Numbered from the stretch's first letter, positions 42,190 to 52,926 are shown. The stretch is 64,000 nucleotides of DNA from an uncultured Desulfosarcina sp. (GCA_963674945.2 CAXXWQ010000002.1:384001-448000), one strand, 5' to 3'. A program made the numbers and translations. Notes: a model not told the origin generated them from the sequence alone.

Positions 42190-42614
42190 TCCTGTATTTG
42201 GATACAAGTGCGCTCGTGAAAAGATACTTCCGTGAACCTCATACGGAAGAAATCATCTCACTGTGGCAAAAAGCGGATGAAGTCATTACATCATCGGTTG
42301 CGTATGCGGAAGCGATGGCGACTTTTTATAGAAAAAAGAGAGAAACCGGGATCCATGTTGATGAAATTCAAGCGATCATTAATGATTTTTCGGAGGATTG
42401 GAACTGTTTCATCCGAATTAGAGCAGATGACGAATTAAATCGATATATAAACCAGGTTACTGCCCGGTATCCACTTCGTGGATTTGATGCCATTCATCTT
42501 TCTTCAGCACTGATCGTTTTTCCGAAATTTGAAAAGGAACTGCTTTTTTGTTGCTTCGACAAACAATTGGTCGATGCTGCCGAAAAGGAAGGGCTTTGGA
42601 TTTTCCAAGGGTGA
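42186..42614 (+). CDS. vapC: VapC PIN toxin
   Basis: YLDTSALVKRY, LRGFDAIHLSSA, FDKQL. Confidence 0.9.
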   Translation: MILYLDTSALVKRYFREPHTEEIISLWQKADEVITSSVAYAEAMATFYRKKRETGIHVDEIQAIINDFSEDWNCFIRIRADDELNRYINQVTARYPLRGFDAIHLSSALIVFPKFEKELLFCCFDKQLVDAAEKEGLWIFQG

Positions 42615-42664
42615 TTGGTGAGAAACAACAGGCTGTAGGAAGTAAGGACAGAGTGATGAGCAAA

Positions 42665-42949
42665 CTAAGACAAGGAATGGATGCTTTGCAACACATCTGT
42701 TGCTCTAATATTTCCTTTAACACCCTTTTCAGATAGCATGTCGATGGCTTCGGATATGGAAACGCCTAATTCGGTCGACACCTCTCTAATGGAGAGTTTT
42801 CCGTTTTGATATAGGTCTGCGATGTATGTTTCAAAACCGATCCTGGCAAGTTTTCGGAATGACTGGGTGCTGTCAATTTTTTCGATTCTAGACAGGAAGT
42901 TAACAGCATGCTCTATGTCTTGGGGAATCCGGATGGATTTCACTTTCAT
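42665..42949 (-). CDS. UPF0175-like antitoxin (copy of 52927-53211); upstream PIN partner internally deleted
   Basis: Near-identical protein; 42946-43058 retains only the 3' end of the PIN gene fused to its promoter. Confidence 0.8.
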   Translation of the reverse strand: MKVKSIRIPQDIEHAVNFLSRIEKIDSTQSFRKLARIGFETYIADLYQNGKLSIREVSTELGVSISEAIDMLSEKGVKGNIRATDVLQSIHSLS

Positions 42950-43582
42950 GGTACCCTCCCAATCATGGTATAAACCATCGCATATTCGTCATCGCTGATA
43001 AACGGCGCCAACTGCTCGAACATCCAGATCGCCTTTTCCTGTTTGAAATGTTTCAGTGTTTTGTAATTATTGTATTACGCGTCGTCAACGAAAAACAAGG
43101 CAAAGGGCTCGCACAAATAGGTCGGTCTGCATTCTTGATAGGCCCCCATTATAAACTACTGCCTCACGAAAATGTCAGAGAAATGATTAGCCACGGACAC
43201 ACACGGACGGGAAAACAGGTGGTAGACTATCGGCTACAGGGGGAGAGGTGAAAGCGTTGAGCCTGGCGCGTGGAACAAACAGTTATGGGTGATGAGTGAG
43301 GAACGCAGGTGGATAGGCTATAGACTGTAGGCTGTAGGAAAAGGGTTTAGATCGGATATGGGAAGGGAAATAGGATTTGGGTCATGGGCAAATAGCTTAG
43401 AGAAGGGAGCGGGGAGCAAACAGTATGGGTGATAGGAAAATTAGCTGATATCTCATAGGGGATAGCTGATAGGGTAAAAAGAAATAAGCAAGAAGCGGAG
43501 AGCGGGTTGTCAATAAATGATTGACAAAAGGCTATTGTATATCCATATATGTATATACAATAGCTTTTATTTGGAGAGCGAA

Positions 43583-43813
43583 ATGGATACGGCAAAAATC
43601 TTTAAAAGTGGAAACTCTCAAGCGGTTCGGTTGCCCAAAGCATATCAATTCGATGTGACAGAGGTGCAAATATTTCGAAGGGGTGATGAAATTGTTTTGA
43701 AACGTAAACCCCAGAACCTATCCAAAGCATTCGAGCTTTTAACCAGCATGTCGGATGATTTCATGGACGATGGACGTTGTCAGCAACCGTTACAGAATAG
43801 GGAGCCACTATGA
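43583..43813 (+). CDS. vapB: VapB (AbrB-type) antitoxin
   Basis: TAKIFKSGNSQAVRLPK. Confidence 0.92.
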   Translation: MDTAKIFKSGNSQAVRLPKAYQFDVTEVQIFRRGDEIVLKRKPQNLSKAFELLTSMSDDFMDDGRCQQPLQNREPL

Positions 43814-44217
43814 CGGTGATGCTGGACACTGATATTTGCATCTATACGATAAAGAAAAAACCTCGAAATGTCCTCAAACATTTTGAGAGATGCCAGCCAG
43901 GATCGGTTGTTATGTCGGTTATCACTTTTGCCGAATTGATCAATGGAGCGAAAAAGAGCCAATACGTGGAAGATAATGTTCGTCGTTTGAATGCCCTGAG
44001 TGAACTTATCGAGGTGCTTCCTTTCGAAAAAAGCGCAGCTATTGCATATGGTGATGTTCGCTCAGACCTTGAGAAAAGAGGCTTGATTATCGGTAGCAAT
44101 GATATGTTTATCGCTGCCCATGCATTGAGCTTGGACCTGACATTGGTTACCAACAACCAAAAGGAGTTTGGCCGGGTCAAAGGATTAAAAATCGAGAATT
44201 GGGTTAATGGTGAGTGA
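43810..44217 (+). CDS. vapC: VapC PIN toxin
   Basis: MLDTDICIY, IGSNDMFIAAHA, VTNNQKEF. Confidence 0.92.
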   Translation: MTVMLDTDICIYTIKKKPRNVLKHFERCQPGSVVMSVITFAELINGAKKSQYVEDNVRRLNALSELIEVLPFEKSAAIAYGDVRSDLEKRGLIIGSNDMFIAAHALSLDLTLVTNNQKEFGRVKGLKIENWVNGE

Positions 44218-44421
44218 TGAGGGGGGGAACGCAGGTGGATAGGCTATAGACTGTAGGGTTATATGCAAAGAGCATACGGCGTGGGGCTTGGAGCTTGGAG
44301 GAGAGAAACAGAAGTCAGGAATTTGGGAAAAGCAGAAATTAGGAAGAGCCAAGGCCCTTTTTTGCACCGCAGAGTCGCAGAGTCGCAGAGATCCCAGAGG
44401 GTTATCATTTTTTGAGATAAA

Positions 44422-44742
44422 TCATGCTGCGAAAAGAATTTCACCATCACGAGCGAAATCAGTTACAAATGAATCTCCTTGCTCCCATTCCTCTTGGGTC
44501 ATTGCTATTGCTTCAATCGGTTCAAATATTTCATAAATTGCTTCTGACATAATATCAATTCGTTCCCAGTAATCTTTGCCAATGAAATTTTCAGATATGA
44601 CGATAAGGTCAATATCACTTCCTTCTTGATGGATACCGGAAACATATGATCCATAGAGTATGATTTTTGACGGGCTGATACCTTTTGCCTTAATTGCTTG
44701 ATGAAATTCATCGACTATTTTTATAACTGCTTTTTTATCCAT
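44422..44742 (-). CDS. minimal nucleotidyltransferase (MNT) antitoxin
   Basis: ILYGSY..G....GSDIDLIVI. Confidence 0.9.
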   Translation of the reverse strand: MDKKAVIKIVDEFHQAIKAKGISPSKIILYGSYVSGIHQEGSDIDLIVISENFIGKDYWERIDIMSEAIYEIFEPIEAIAMTQEEWEQGDSFVTDFARDGEILFAA

Positions 44743-45101
44743 GCAACGACCTCCCTTCCCTGGGTCAGGATATCATCGACCACTGCTTTGCTATAAACTT
44801 TCTGAAGTTTAACGAGATTTTCCGGATATCGGGTAGGAATGCTGGCTTCGTTTAATTTTACGATAAACTTGCCATGGTCGGGTGACGGTTTGATACCCAT
44901 TTGGTTTAATAGATATATCAGATTGTGGGATTTAGGTGGTATTGAATGATGTTTTTCGTAATAAAGACCTTTCAACGCCTTCTCAATGGCAAGATGGCAC
45001 ATGAAAACAGCATAGATGTACCGTCCGCCATCATACATGTAGACTGCTGTGTCCATATCATAGTCAGATTGGTTCATCCATTCTATTGTCCGTTTTTCCA
45101 T
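44721..45101 (-). CDS. HEPN domain protein
   Basis: FMCHLAIEKALKG, SHNL, TRYP. Confidence 0.9.
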   Translation of the reverse strand: MEKRTIEWMNQSDYDMDTAVYMYDGGRYIYAVFMCHLAIEKALKGLYYEKHHSIPPKSHNLIYLLNQMGIKPSPDHGKFIVKLNEASIPTRYPENLVKLQKVYSKAVVDDILTQGREVVAWIKKQL

Positions 45102-45729
45102 AATAAATGATTAACAGACAAATTATTGTAAATTCAAGCAGTAATTTATTGGTGAGGTAAGCAGGTGGATAGGCAATAGAAAAATAGTGGTCAGTGATGC
45201 GTAATGGATGATGCGCGAATTAGCTGATAGCTCATAGGAGATAGCTGATAGTGGTTATAGGCTTTAGGCTAAGCAAGATGACTTTCATCCATTTAGCCAC
45301 GGACACACACATATTACAGGCTATAGATTTTAGGCTGTAGGAAAATAGCGGTTAATGATCAGTCATGGGTGATGGGAAAAGGGCAAATAGCTTGGAGCGA
45401 AGAGCGGAGAACAGAAGTTAGGAAGAGCGGAGGACCGGAAGGGAAAGAGGTGATAGACTGTAGGCCGTAGGCAAAGAGCATACGGCGTGGGGCTTGGAGC
45501 TTGGAGGAGAGAAACAGAAGTCAGGAATTTGGGAAAAGCAGAAATTAGGAAGAGCCAAGACCCTTTGGTTTTGCACCGCCCTGCCTGTCCCGCCTATCGG
45601 GGCTTCGCTCGAGTCGCTGAGATCGCAGAGGGTTGTTTGTCCCCTTCGGGGAGAGTGGGGATGGGCGATAGGCCATAGACTTTAGGCTGTAGGCTGTAGA
45701 CTATAGGCGAAACAGAAAACTTTATGTGC

Positions 45730-46080
45730 TTAAGCGAAACTACTTTCTTCAATACCAAAGATCGATGCAAATTTTTTTCGTGTTGCTTTTCGGTAAACAG
45801 CGTTTTGGCGTTCCCATTTGGCAATGGTTGATTGCTTTACGTTCATCCTGCGGGCGAGTTCCGCCTGCGTCCAACCCCTTTCAATACGTTCCCTTTTTAC
45901 AGGGTTCATGAAAATGTAATCTTCGGCCTCCTTGCGGTCATATAGCGATTCCGTCGCCACCGAACGGATTGCATCACAATCAGTGTCGTCTTCAATTTTT
46001 TCCAACAAACGGTTGAATTCGTCTACCGGTAATACGATGAATTTAATTTTCCCTTTTTCTTTAATGGTTTGATATTCCAT
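45730..46080 (-). CDS. Xre/HigA-type HTH antitoxin
   Basis: RIERGWTQAELARRMNVKQSTIAKWE. Confidence 0.85.
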   Translation of the reverse strand: MEYQTIKEKGKIKFIVLPVDEFNRLLEKIEDDTDCDAIRSVATESLYDRKEAEDYIFMNPVKRERIERGWTQAELARRMNVKQSTIAKWERQNAVYRKATRKKFASIFGIEESSFA

Positions 46081-46083
46081 GAT

Positions 46084-46344
46084 TTATCCTTTGTAAATGT
46101 CTCCACGTGATCGTACCTTAACGATTTCAATTGTTAAAACATCATCATTGCGCGTGTATATGATGCGATATTTCCCCACCCTGAGTCTCCAACCGATCCT
46201 GCCTTTTGGCACAGCAGTATCGAGGTCCGGACTATCAGGGTTTTCAGCCAGGGCATGAATTTTCTCGACAATAGCGGTTTTCGATTTTAATGGGAGGCGC
46301 GCAATATAGTTTCTTGCGCTTCGCCTATATTTTAGTTCATACAT
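46084..46344 (-). CDS. RelE/ParE/HigB toxin
   Basis: WRLRVGKYRIIY, RSRGDIYK; toxin-first order. Confidence 0.9.
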   Translation of the reverse strand: MYELKYRRSARNYIARLPLKSKTAIVEKIHALAENPDSPDLDTAVPKGRIGWRLRVGKYRIIYTRNDDVLTIEIVKVRSRGDIYKG

Positions 46345-46777
46345 ATAGAGCTATATAGCTTAAAGGGGTATATTTGTCAAAGCGTATTTTTCTTTGAAAC
46401 GGCTTTCGGAGAAAGCAGGTGTTTAGGCTGTGGGCGATGGGTAATAGGCAATAGGTGATAGTCTATGGGCTATAGGGGATAGCTGATAGGCTGTAGGCTA
46501 TAGGGGGAGATAACAAAAGGGCCTCTCGCAGAGTCGCAGAGCTAAAAGAGGTTGTAGGATAAAGACAACCAATTTTAAATTATGAATCGGTAATTTTGAA
46601 TTAGATAAGCCTCCGGCAATGGGGCTTAAATAATTTCGCAAAAGGAATTTGTAAAATGAAAGGGTTCTCGATATGGTATTGCTTTTATTTTTATGTATTG
46701 TATAAATGTTATAGGCATTGAAAAAGATATTTAATAATACATATATTTAAATGTAATGATCGTAGTTGGGGGGCAAC

Positions 46778-47023
46778 ATGGTTTCAACGGTAACTATCAA
46801 AGGCCAGGTAACAATTCCTAAAGAAATCAGATTGTTTCTTAATATTAAACCTAGTGACAAGGTTGATTTTTCTGTTGAAAACGGACTAGTCGTCCTGAGA
46901 CCAATCAAAACATTGAAAAATTTCAGAGGGAGTGTCCCAGCCAAAGGGACAGGAGACTTTGATTTGGAAAGATCAAAAGCCAAGCATGAAGTTGCTAATC
47001 GTATCGTTGAGGCTATGGAATGA
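46778..47023 (+). CDS. AbrB/MazE antitoxin
   Basis: TVTIKGQVTIPKEIR. Confidence 0.9.
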   Translation: MVSTVTIKGQVTIPKEIRLFLNIKPSDKVDFSVENGLVVLRPIKTLKNFRGSVPAKGTGDFDLERSKAKHEVANRIVEAME

Positions 47024-47430
47024 AGACCTGCTTTATCGACACCAATCTTTTCATTCGATATTTGACCAATGATGATCTCGAAAAGGCAGATCGTGTTGAC
47101 AGATTGCTTGATAAAGCAGCTAATTCAGATATTAAGCTTATCACTGCTGAAATCGTTATAGCTGAGGTCGTCTGGGTATTGGAATCGTATTATAAGCTTG
47201 AAAAGAAACAAATTGCTGAAATGCTGAGGGCTATTCTGTCTACCCCTGGCCTTGATGTGCAAAATGGGAAAATTGTTGAGAACGCACTACAGTATTACGC
47301 GCCCAATAATATTGATTTCGTGGATGCTTGCATTGTTGCGCTGATGCAAAAGCAAGAAATAACAGGAATCTATTCGTTTGACAAGAAACACCTTGATCGC
47401 ATTACGAATGTTAATCGACTCGAGCCATAG
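47020..47430 (+). CDS. vapC: PIN domain toxin
   Basis: IDTNLFIRYL, AEVVWVL, DFVDA, YSFDK. Confidence 0.9.
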   Translation: MKTCFIDTNLFIRYLTNDDLEKADRVDRLLDKAANSDIKLITAEIVIAEVVWVLESYYKLEKKQIAEMLRAILSTPGLDVQNGKIVENALQYYAPNNIDFVDACIVALMQKQEITGIYSFDKKHLDRITNVNRLEP

Positions 47431-47635
47431 TTTATACAATTAAGAAAGGGGGCAGCAAAGAGCGTGGAGTGGAGAACAGAAGTTAGGAAGAGCGGAGGAT
47501 GAACAAAATAATTTGAATTATAAATTTTGAAATAAAATTGTTAATATTCACCGCCCGCTGCGCTTGAGTCGCAGAGAACGCAGAGCAGACTATGGGCTAT
47601 GTGCTATTGTTTCTGTCGATGGCAACCAGGTTATC

Positions 47636-48013
47636 TTACGTTTTTGGAATGTAGGTTGCACAGGATTGATCTTTCAGGTCAATATCCGAGGTGATCACGT
47701 TGCAGTTGTTTTGTCGGGCTGTCGCAATAATAATGGCGTCCGCCATTGCTAACCGTTCCTGGAGCGCGACATCCGCTGCGGCCAAGGCAAGAGTATCATC
47801 GAGCGGAATAATTGTTGAATTCTTCATATATCCGGTGGCAAGCAGGGCCTTGTCTTCACCCACTTCCCGTTTTAAAATTTTATACACTTCGTAAAGAATA
47901 ATCGAAGGCATCAATATCTTGCTTTGATCGACAAGATATTTTTCATACTTGGCTGCCAGTTTGCTGTCGGTAAACCACTCCAGCCAACCGCAAGAATCGA
48001 CAATAAACATCAA
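47636..48013 (-). CDS. vapC: VapC PIN toxin
   Basis: VDSCGWLEWF, YEVYK, MADAII.ATA, TSD. Confidence 0.9.
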   Translation of the reverse strand: MMFIVDSCGWLEWFTDSKLAAKYEKYLVDQSKILMPSIILYEVYKILKREVGEDKALLATGYMKNSTIIPLDDTLALAAADVALQERLAMADAIIIATARQNNCNVITSDIDLKDQSCATYIPKT

Positions 48014-48216
48014 AAACGATCCCTTTTTTCACGGTAATCATCCACATTGGCCCCGGCTGCTATGCCTCTCAACGATTCAATCGAGGTCTGGGGGATTAGG
48101 ATGAGCATGTGATCTTTTTCGATTACGGTGAGTTTTTGTTTGGGTTTCAGGTTCATATGTTCCCTGACGGGTTTGGGGATGACCACCTGAAATTTGCTTG
48201 AAATCGTTGTCTGCAT
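48010..48216 (-). CDS. AbrB/MazE antitoxin
   Basis: TTISSKFQVVIPK.VRE. Confidence 0.9.
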   Translation of the reverse strand: MQTTISSKFQVVIPKPVREHMNLKPKQKLTVIEKDHMLILIPQTSIESLRGIAAGANVDDYREKRDRF

Positions 48217-48586
48217 TAAATTCTCCATATTTATGATCGATAACGATAGTGTAAGAAATATCATCCTTCATGTCAAGCATTCAACGCTGATGCCGATGTG
48301 ATTGGATGGTGCGCTTCGTTGAAACGGCATTCGGAAATAATTTAGCCACAGACCCATTTGGACGAATCAGGTGATAGGCTATAGGCTGTAGGCAAAGAGC
48401 ATAGAGCTTGGAGCGTAGAGTTTTTTGCCACGGACACACACGAACAGGGTTTAATCTTAGATCAAATGTAAAGAGTAATGCGTAATGAGTGATGGGCAAC
48501 TTAGGCGATAGGCTATGGGCTATGGGCTATGGGGGATAGGAAAATTAGCTTATAGCTCATAGGGGATAGCTGATAGGGTAAAAAAT

Positions 48587-48931
48587 TTATAGGTCCAAGA
48601 CCAGCTTTATTCCTTCAGTGACCGCTGCCATTTTTTCTTTTGTAAGGGTCCCAATTTTTTCCCTGATGCTGTTTTTATCGACCGATTTAATCTGTGACAC
48701 ATTGATCACGCAGCGTTTTGGTATATTGGCCTCGCCTTTTTGTAAGGTGACGTTTCCGGGAAGGTCGCCGAATCTCATTGTTGACGTAATCGCCAGCATT
48801 ATTACTGTATTAATATTACTGTCGTTTATCGCGTCGGCCTGAATCACCAAACCCGGACGCCGACCCATCGGTTCAGAACCTTTTGCTGGCGAAAAGTCGA
48901 CCCAGTATATGGATCCTTTTCGAATCACCAC
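48587..48931 (-). CDS. mazF: MazF/PemK toxin
   Basis: KGSIYWVDF...GSEP..RRPGLVIQ.D, ITS, INVSQI..VDK. Confidence 0.9.
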   Translation of the reverse strand: MVIRKGSIYWVDFSPAKGSEPMGRRPGLVIQADAINDSNINTVIMLAITSTMRFGDLPGNVTLQKGEANIPKRCVINVSQIKSVDKNSIREKIGTLTKEKMAAVTEGIKLVLDL

Positions 48932-49179
48932 TCTTGACCACCCTTATTTCCGGCATTCTCGAACCAAAAGGAGGTTGAGCGTTGCTCATTTTTCACGGCA
49001 TCATCCTCGAAAACGCTGTCGTATGCATCTTTTAGAAAGATCGCTTTTTCATCGACAAGCCTCTGTTCAAGCATCGAGGCAATCAATTTGCTTCGGGATA
49101 CCCCTTTGGCCTGACTGATATTGTCAATCATGGTAAGAATATTTTTGGGTATGGTAATTGCCACTTTTTGGGTATGCAT
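48925..49179 (-). CDS. RHH antitoxin of MazF
   Basis: KVAITIP, GVSRSKLI; coupled to mazF. Confidence 0.8.
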   Translation of the reverse strand: MHTQKVAITIPKNILTMIDNISQAKGVSRSKLIASMLEQRLVDEKAIFLKDAYDSVFEDDAVKNEQRSTSFWFENAGNKGGQEW

Positions 49180-49490
49180 TTTATTGTCCCTTTTTTAGAG
49201 TGCTGATTTAGTATAATTACCTTTGATCTGGCGGTCAACCGTAGATATTGGAGCGTGGAGTTTGGAGCAGGGAGCTGGGAGCAAACAGTGATGTGTGATG
49301 TGTAAAGTGTGATGAGATGAAAAAATGTATTAATTGGCAATGATCCCTTGCCCATCACTGATCACTCATTACGTAAGGGTCAAATAAACCCCATCTTCAC
49401 ATAGCCCAGATATTATGACATCATAGGCTTGGCAATGAAAATGTGTATGGGAGACGATTGTGAACCGGCCGGTAGAAAGTAAGAGAAGAA

Positions 49491-51086
49491 TCAATAGCGA
49501 AGGATCGCCAGCGTCTGTTTGTCGATATTTTTTGGCAAAAGCGCCAGATGGTCCTCCCGCGTCCTGGCCAGCGGAAGTTTGGCGAACAGGTATCGAAGAT
49601 AGGCATAGGGTTCCAGCCCATTGGCTTTGGCCGTTTCGATCAAACCGAAGAAGGTGGCGCTGGCTTCCGCACCCCGGGGCGCGCCGGAAAACAGCCAGTT
49701 CTTGCGACCCAACACGAATGGCCGGATGACATTTTCAGCCACATTGTTGTCGGGCTTCAGAAATCCGGCATTGATATAGACAACCAGTTTGTCCCATTGG
49801 TTTAGGCAATATTGGATCGCTTTGCCGAGAAGGCTTTTCGGAGGAGCTTGCCAATGGTAGGTGTCCAGCCAGGTTTTAAATTGTTTCAGAATCGGCTTGG
49901 CCTTTTCCTGTCGCAGGTCACGGATCTGTTCATACGACAAATCCTTGTCTCGCGCATACCGTTCTATGCCATACAATGCGCCAATGTAATCCAGCGCCTC
50001 GTCGGCAAGCCCCTTGGCTGCTTTTTGTTTGCCGCGCGCCTTGCGCCCTTTGTTCACCTCGACAAATTTACGTCGGGCATGGGTCAGGCAACCTAAATGG
50101 ATGATCCCTTGCTTTTGGGACAGCTGATCATAGCCGCTGTAGCCGTCGCTTTGAACATAGCCCGAATAGTCTTCTATCATATCTTGCACTACCTTCCCAC
50201 TACGGGTGGGATGATACTGGTAAAGCACCACAGGGGCATCCAACGGGCCGCCACAAAACACCCACATATACGATTTTGTTGTATTGCTGCGGCCCGGTTC
50301 CTGAAGCACCTGAAACGGACTTTCATCGATATTGATCACAGGACCGCTTCGAATCTCCTGATGCATCAATTCGACGATCGGCTGGCAGCAACCGGCGGCC
50401 TGAATCATCCAATTGGCCATGGTTGACCGTGAGATGTCAACGCCCAGACGGTCAAATATCTTTTGTTGGCGATGCAGGGGAAGCGCATCGGCGAATTTTG
50501 AGACAGCGATGTGGGCCAGCAGTCCCTCAGTGGCGTTGCTCTTGGGAATCAGTTGTTCTGGCGGCGGAGCGATCCTAACGGTGGGGCCGTCATCCTCGAC
50601 GCCTTCGCAGGCCTTGCAGGCGTATTTGGGGCGGATGTGACGGATCACCTGGATTTTTGCCGGGATATAATCGAGCTTCTCACAGGTCTCTTCGCCGATA
50701 CGGCTCAGTTCAACTCCGCAAGCACACCGTTTCTCGGCCTCAGGGATATCGTGCAGGACCTCGACGCGGGGCAGATCCTCAGGCAACGGTTTGCGGCCAC
50801 GCTTTTTGCGGGTGTGCTCCGGGACGGTGATGTCGTCATCGGCAAGGACGGGCTCTGCGGTTTCGTCGGGTTTGAACAACTGGAGTTGGTTGGGATTGAC
50901 GGCCGGCAAAACTTCACTTTTGCGACCGAACAGCTCGTTCTTCAGCAGACGTACCATTTCTTGCAGATGGTCGATTTGCTGCTGCTGAGAAGAGATAATC
51001 TCCTTAAGCGATTGGGCGTCATCGGGCAGGTTGTTCGATTCCGAAAGCATGCCTGATACATAGCATAACCAATTGAATTTGTACAC
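49491..51086 (-). CDS. tnpC: IS66 transposase TnpC
   Basis: LFGRKSE, LPRVE, IDESP, QSDGY, CLTHARRKF, NNVAE..IRP. Confidence 0.93.
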   Translation of the reverse strand: MYKFNWLCYVSGMLSESNNLPDDAQSLKEIISSQQQQIDHLQEMVRLLKNELFGRKSEVLPAVNPNQLQLFKPDETAEPVLADDDITVPEHTRKKRGRKPLPEDLPRVEVLHDIPEAEKRCACGVELSRIGEETCEKLDYIPAKIQVIRHIRPKYACKACEGVEDDGPTVRIAPPPEQLIPKSNATEGLLAHIAVSKFADALPLHRQQKIFDRLGVDISRSTMANWMIQAAGCCQPIVELMHQEIRSGPVINIDESPFQVLQEPGRSNTTKSYMWVFCGGPLDAPVVLYQYHPTRSGKVVQDMIEDYSGYVQSDGYSGYDQLSQKQGIIHLGCLTHARRKFVEVNKGRKARGKQKAAKGLADEALDYIGALYGIERYARDKDLSYEQIRDLRQEKAKPILKQFKTWLDTYHWQAPPKSLLGKAIQYCLNQWDKLVVYINAGFLKPDNNVAENVIRPFVLGRKNWLFSGAPRGAEASATFFGLIETAKANGLEPYAYLRYLFAKLPLARTREDHLALLPKNIDKQTLAILRY

Positions 51087-51113
51087 ACTTATTTTACTTC
51101 CAGGTGGATGTTC

Positions 51114-51461
51114 TCAGCTTGCATAACGGTAGTTTAAACGCACATGAGCATTCGTATAATCCAGTCCGGCGAGAAGCCATTCCAGTTCTTTCGCACTAAG
51201 GGAAACGACTTCTTTTGTGGTTGTTGGCCAGTGGAAACGGTGCTTCTCCAGCCGTTTGAGCCAGAGAGCAAATCCATTTTTATCCCAGTATAAAATTTTT
51301 ATCATGTTCCGACGCCGATTGCAGAAGACGAACAGGTCCCCTTCGAAGGGATTCAAATCCATGGCCTGTTCCACCAAAACCGAAAGCCCGTTGATCGATT
51401 TGCGCATATCGGTATTACCCACGGCCAGAAAGACCCTTTTGGGATTGGTGGGCAACATCAT
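51114..51461 (-). CDS. tnpB: IS66 accessory protein TnpB
   Basis: TDMRKSINGL, LFVFCNRRR, KRLE. Confidence 0.93.
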   Translation of the reverse strand: MMLPTNPKRVFLAVGNTDMRKSINGLSVLVEQAMDLNPFEGDLFVFCNRRRNMIKILYWDKNGFALWLKRLEKHRFHWPTTTKEVVSLSAKELEWLLAGLDYTNAHVRLNYRYAS

Positions 51462-51787
51462 AATGTAGCCACCATTGCAACAAGCTTGTTGATTTCTATC
51501 GATCCGTTTTGATCATCGACTTCGATGGTAAATCCGTTGGGGGTATGAATACGAACGGATGGATGTTTCCTCGTCGCTGATCCGTTGAGCGCAACCGGCA
51601 AAAAAGTAACTCGGGTTTTATCAACGGGCATGATGCGCCGTTTCCAATCGTAAAACCGATGGAGAATGAGATCGTTTTTTTTACAATAGGCCCTTTGGCT
51701 TAGGCTGCTGATCTTCCATTTCTCGATATGATTTTCCCAAAATTTTCGCCTTTGCTTGGAATCGAATGAATCATAGTCTTCAGGCAT
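51458..51787 (-). CDS. tnpA: IS66 accessory protein TnpA
   Basis: W..SSLSQRAYC, FYDWKRR. Confidence 0.85.
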   Translation of the reverse strand: MPEDYDSFDSKQRRKFWENHIEKWKISSLSQRAYCKKNDLILHRFYDWKRRIMPVDKTRVTFLPVALNGSATRKHPSVRIHTPNGFTIEVDDQNGSIEINKLVAMVATL

Positions 51788-51986
51788 GATATCTTCTCCT
51801 TTCTTTGGGGAAACACATTGCCATGCCTGAACAATTTTGTGAAGATGGGGTTAATAAACCGCTTACCTCATTACTGATTACTGGCTTGTAAAGAGTTGGG
51901 AGCGTGGAGAGAAAAAGCGATAAAAAAATAGAATTGTGAATGATAAATTTTAAATTTCTCTTATTTATTGGAGCAAATTGTGGAAC

Positions 51987-52388
51987 TTACGGTTCGATAC
52001 GATTCATTTTAAATTTATCGAAGTCCTTGTCGTAGCTATAGATACTATTTTTTGGATCTTTTTCCAAAAGTGCGATCAAATAGGCATCAACGATTTCGAT
52101 ATTGTTCGAATCCCAGATGTCGATCATTCGGGCGATAATTTTCTTGTCTCTTATCTTCAACCCCTTGAACGTTAATAGTTTTCTAATGATCTCTGTAATC
52201 TGGTCTTTGGGTACCTTATAGAATCTTTTCAGAACGAAAATGGTCTGAAAAAGAACGATGGGCTTGAGTTCGACATTAACTTTTCCAAGTTCGATATCCT
52301 GGAAAAAACCAAACACACCTTTATATTTATCATCAGGATTACCTGTCAAAAATCGAAGAATGACGTTGGTGTCAAGAAGTGGTATCAT
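51987..52388 (-). CDS. vapC: PIN domain toxin
   Basis: LDTNVILRFL, VDAYL, YSYDKDF. Confidence 0.88.
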   Translation of the reverse strand: MIPLLDTNVILRFLTGNPDDKYKGVFGFFQDIELGKVNVELKPIVLFQTIFVLKRFYKVPKDQITEIIRKLLTFKGLKIRDKKIIARMIDIWDSNNIEIVDAYLIALLEKDPKNSIYSYDKDFDKFKMNRIEP

Positions 52389-52678
52389 TTAAACCACCTT
52401 GATGAAAAACCGACTTCCGTTGCCTTTTCGACCATTTTTTTATCAGGAAGGTCACCTTCTGGCGAGTAGCTGCGTAGTAAACCAAAAAGTTCATCAGTTA
52501 ATGTCCGACCCGTCTTCCTGTGCTTAGATGGCTTTAAAAGAATACCATCTTGAGAAGTGATGAACTCGATTTGGTCACCGATTTCTATGTTATACCTGCG
52601 TCTTATATCGGCCGGAATCACGACTTGTCCTTTTGGAAAAATCTTCATTTTTAGTGTCTTTCTTGCAGTTTGCGGCAT
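52385..52678 (-). CDS. AbrB/MazE antitoxin
   Basis: KGQVVIPADIRRRYNI..GD. Confidence 0.88.
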   Translation of the reverse strand: MPQTARKTLKMKIFPKGQVVIPADIRRRYNIEIGDQIEFITSQDGILLKPSKHRKTGRTLTDELFGLLRSYSPEGDLPDKKMVEKATEVGFSSRWFK

Positions 52679-52926
52679 CGGGCCTCTCCTTTTTTCTGCA
52701 AATTGTTATACACAAAAATAAATTATGTATAACAACCTGTCAAGGTGTTTGTGGCGACAGCTGATAGGGTAAAAAGCTAAGAGCAAGGAGCGTGGAGCAG
52801 GAAGCAAACAGTGATGGGTGATGAGTGAGGAACGCAGATGGGTAGGCTATAGACTTTAGGCTGTAGGAAATTAGCTGACAGCACAGAGCCTATAGCTGGG
52901 AGTTTAGAGTGTAGAGATCACTTCAA

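Larger units (their letters stand above)
44265..45559 (+). repeat. 89-bp identical direct repeat (44265-44353 and 45471-45559) bracketing HEPN-MNT
   Basis: GCAAAGAGCATACGGCGTGG...TTAGGAAGAGCCAAG present twice. Confidence 0.9.
49373..51866 (-). mobile_element. IS66-family element (tnpA-tnpB-tnpC)
   Basis: IRs GTAAGGGTCAAATAAACCCCATCTTCACA / TGTGAAGATGGGGTTAATAAACCGCTTAC; TSD CTCATTAC at 49365-49372 and 51867-51874. Confidence 0.93.

Noticed and set aside
44288..45685. Short duplicated ORFs MELGGEKQKSGIWEKQKLGRAK
   Set aside because: Translations of the 89-bp spacer repeat
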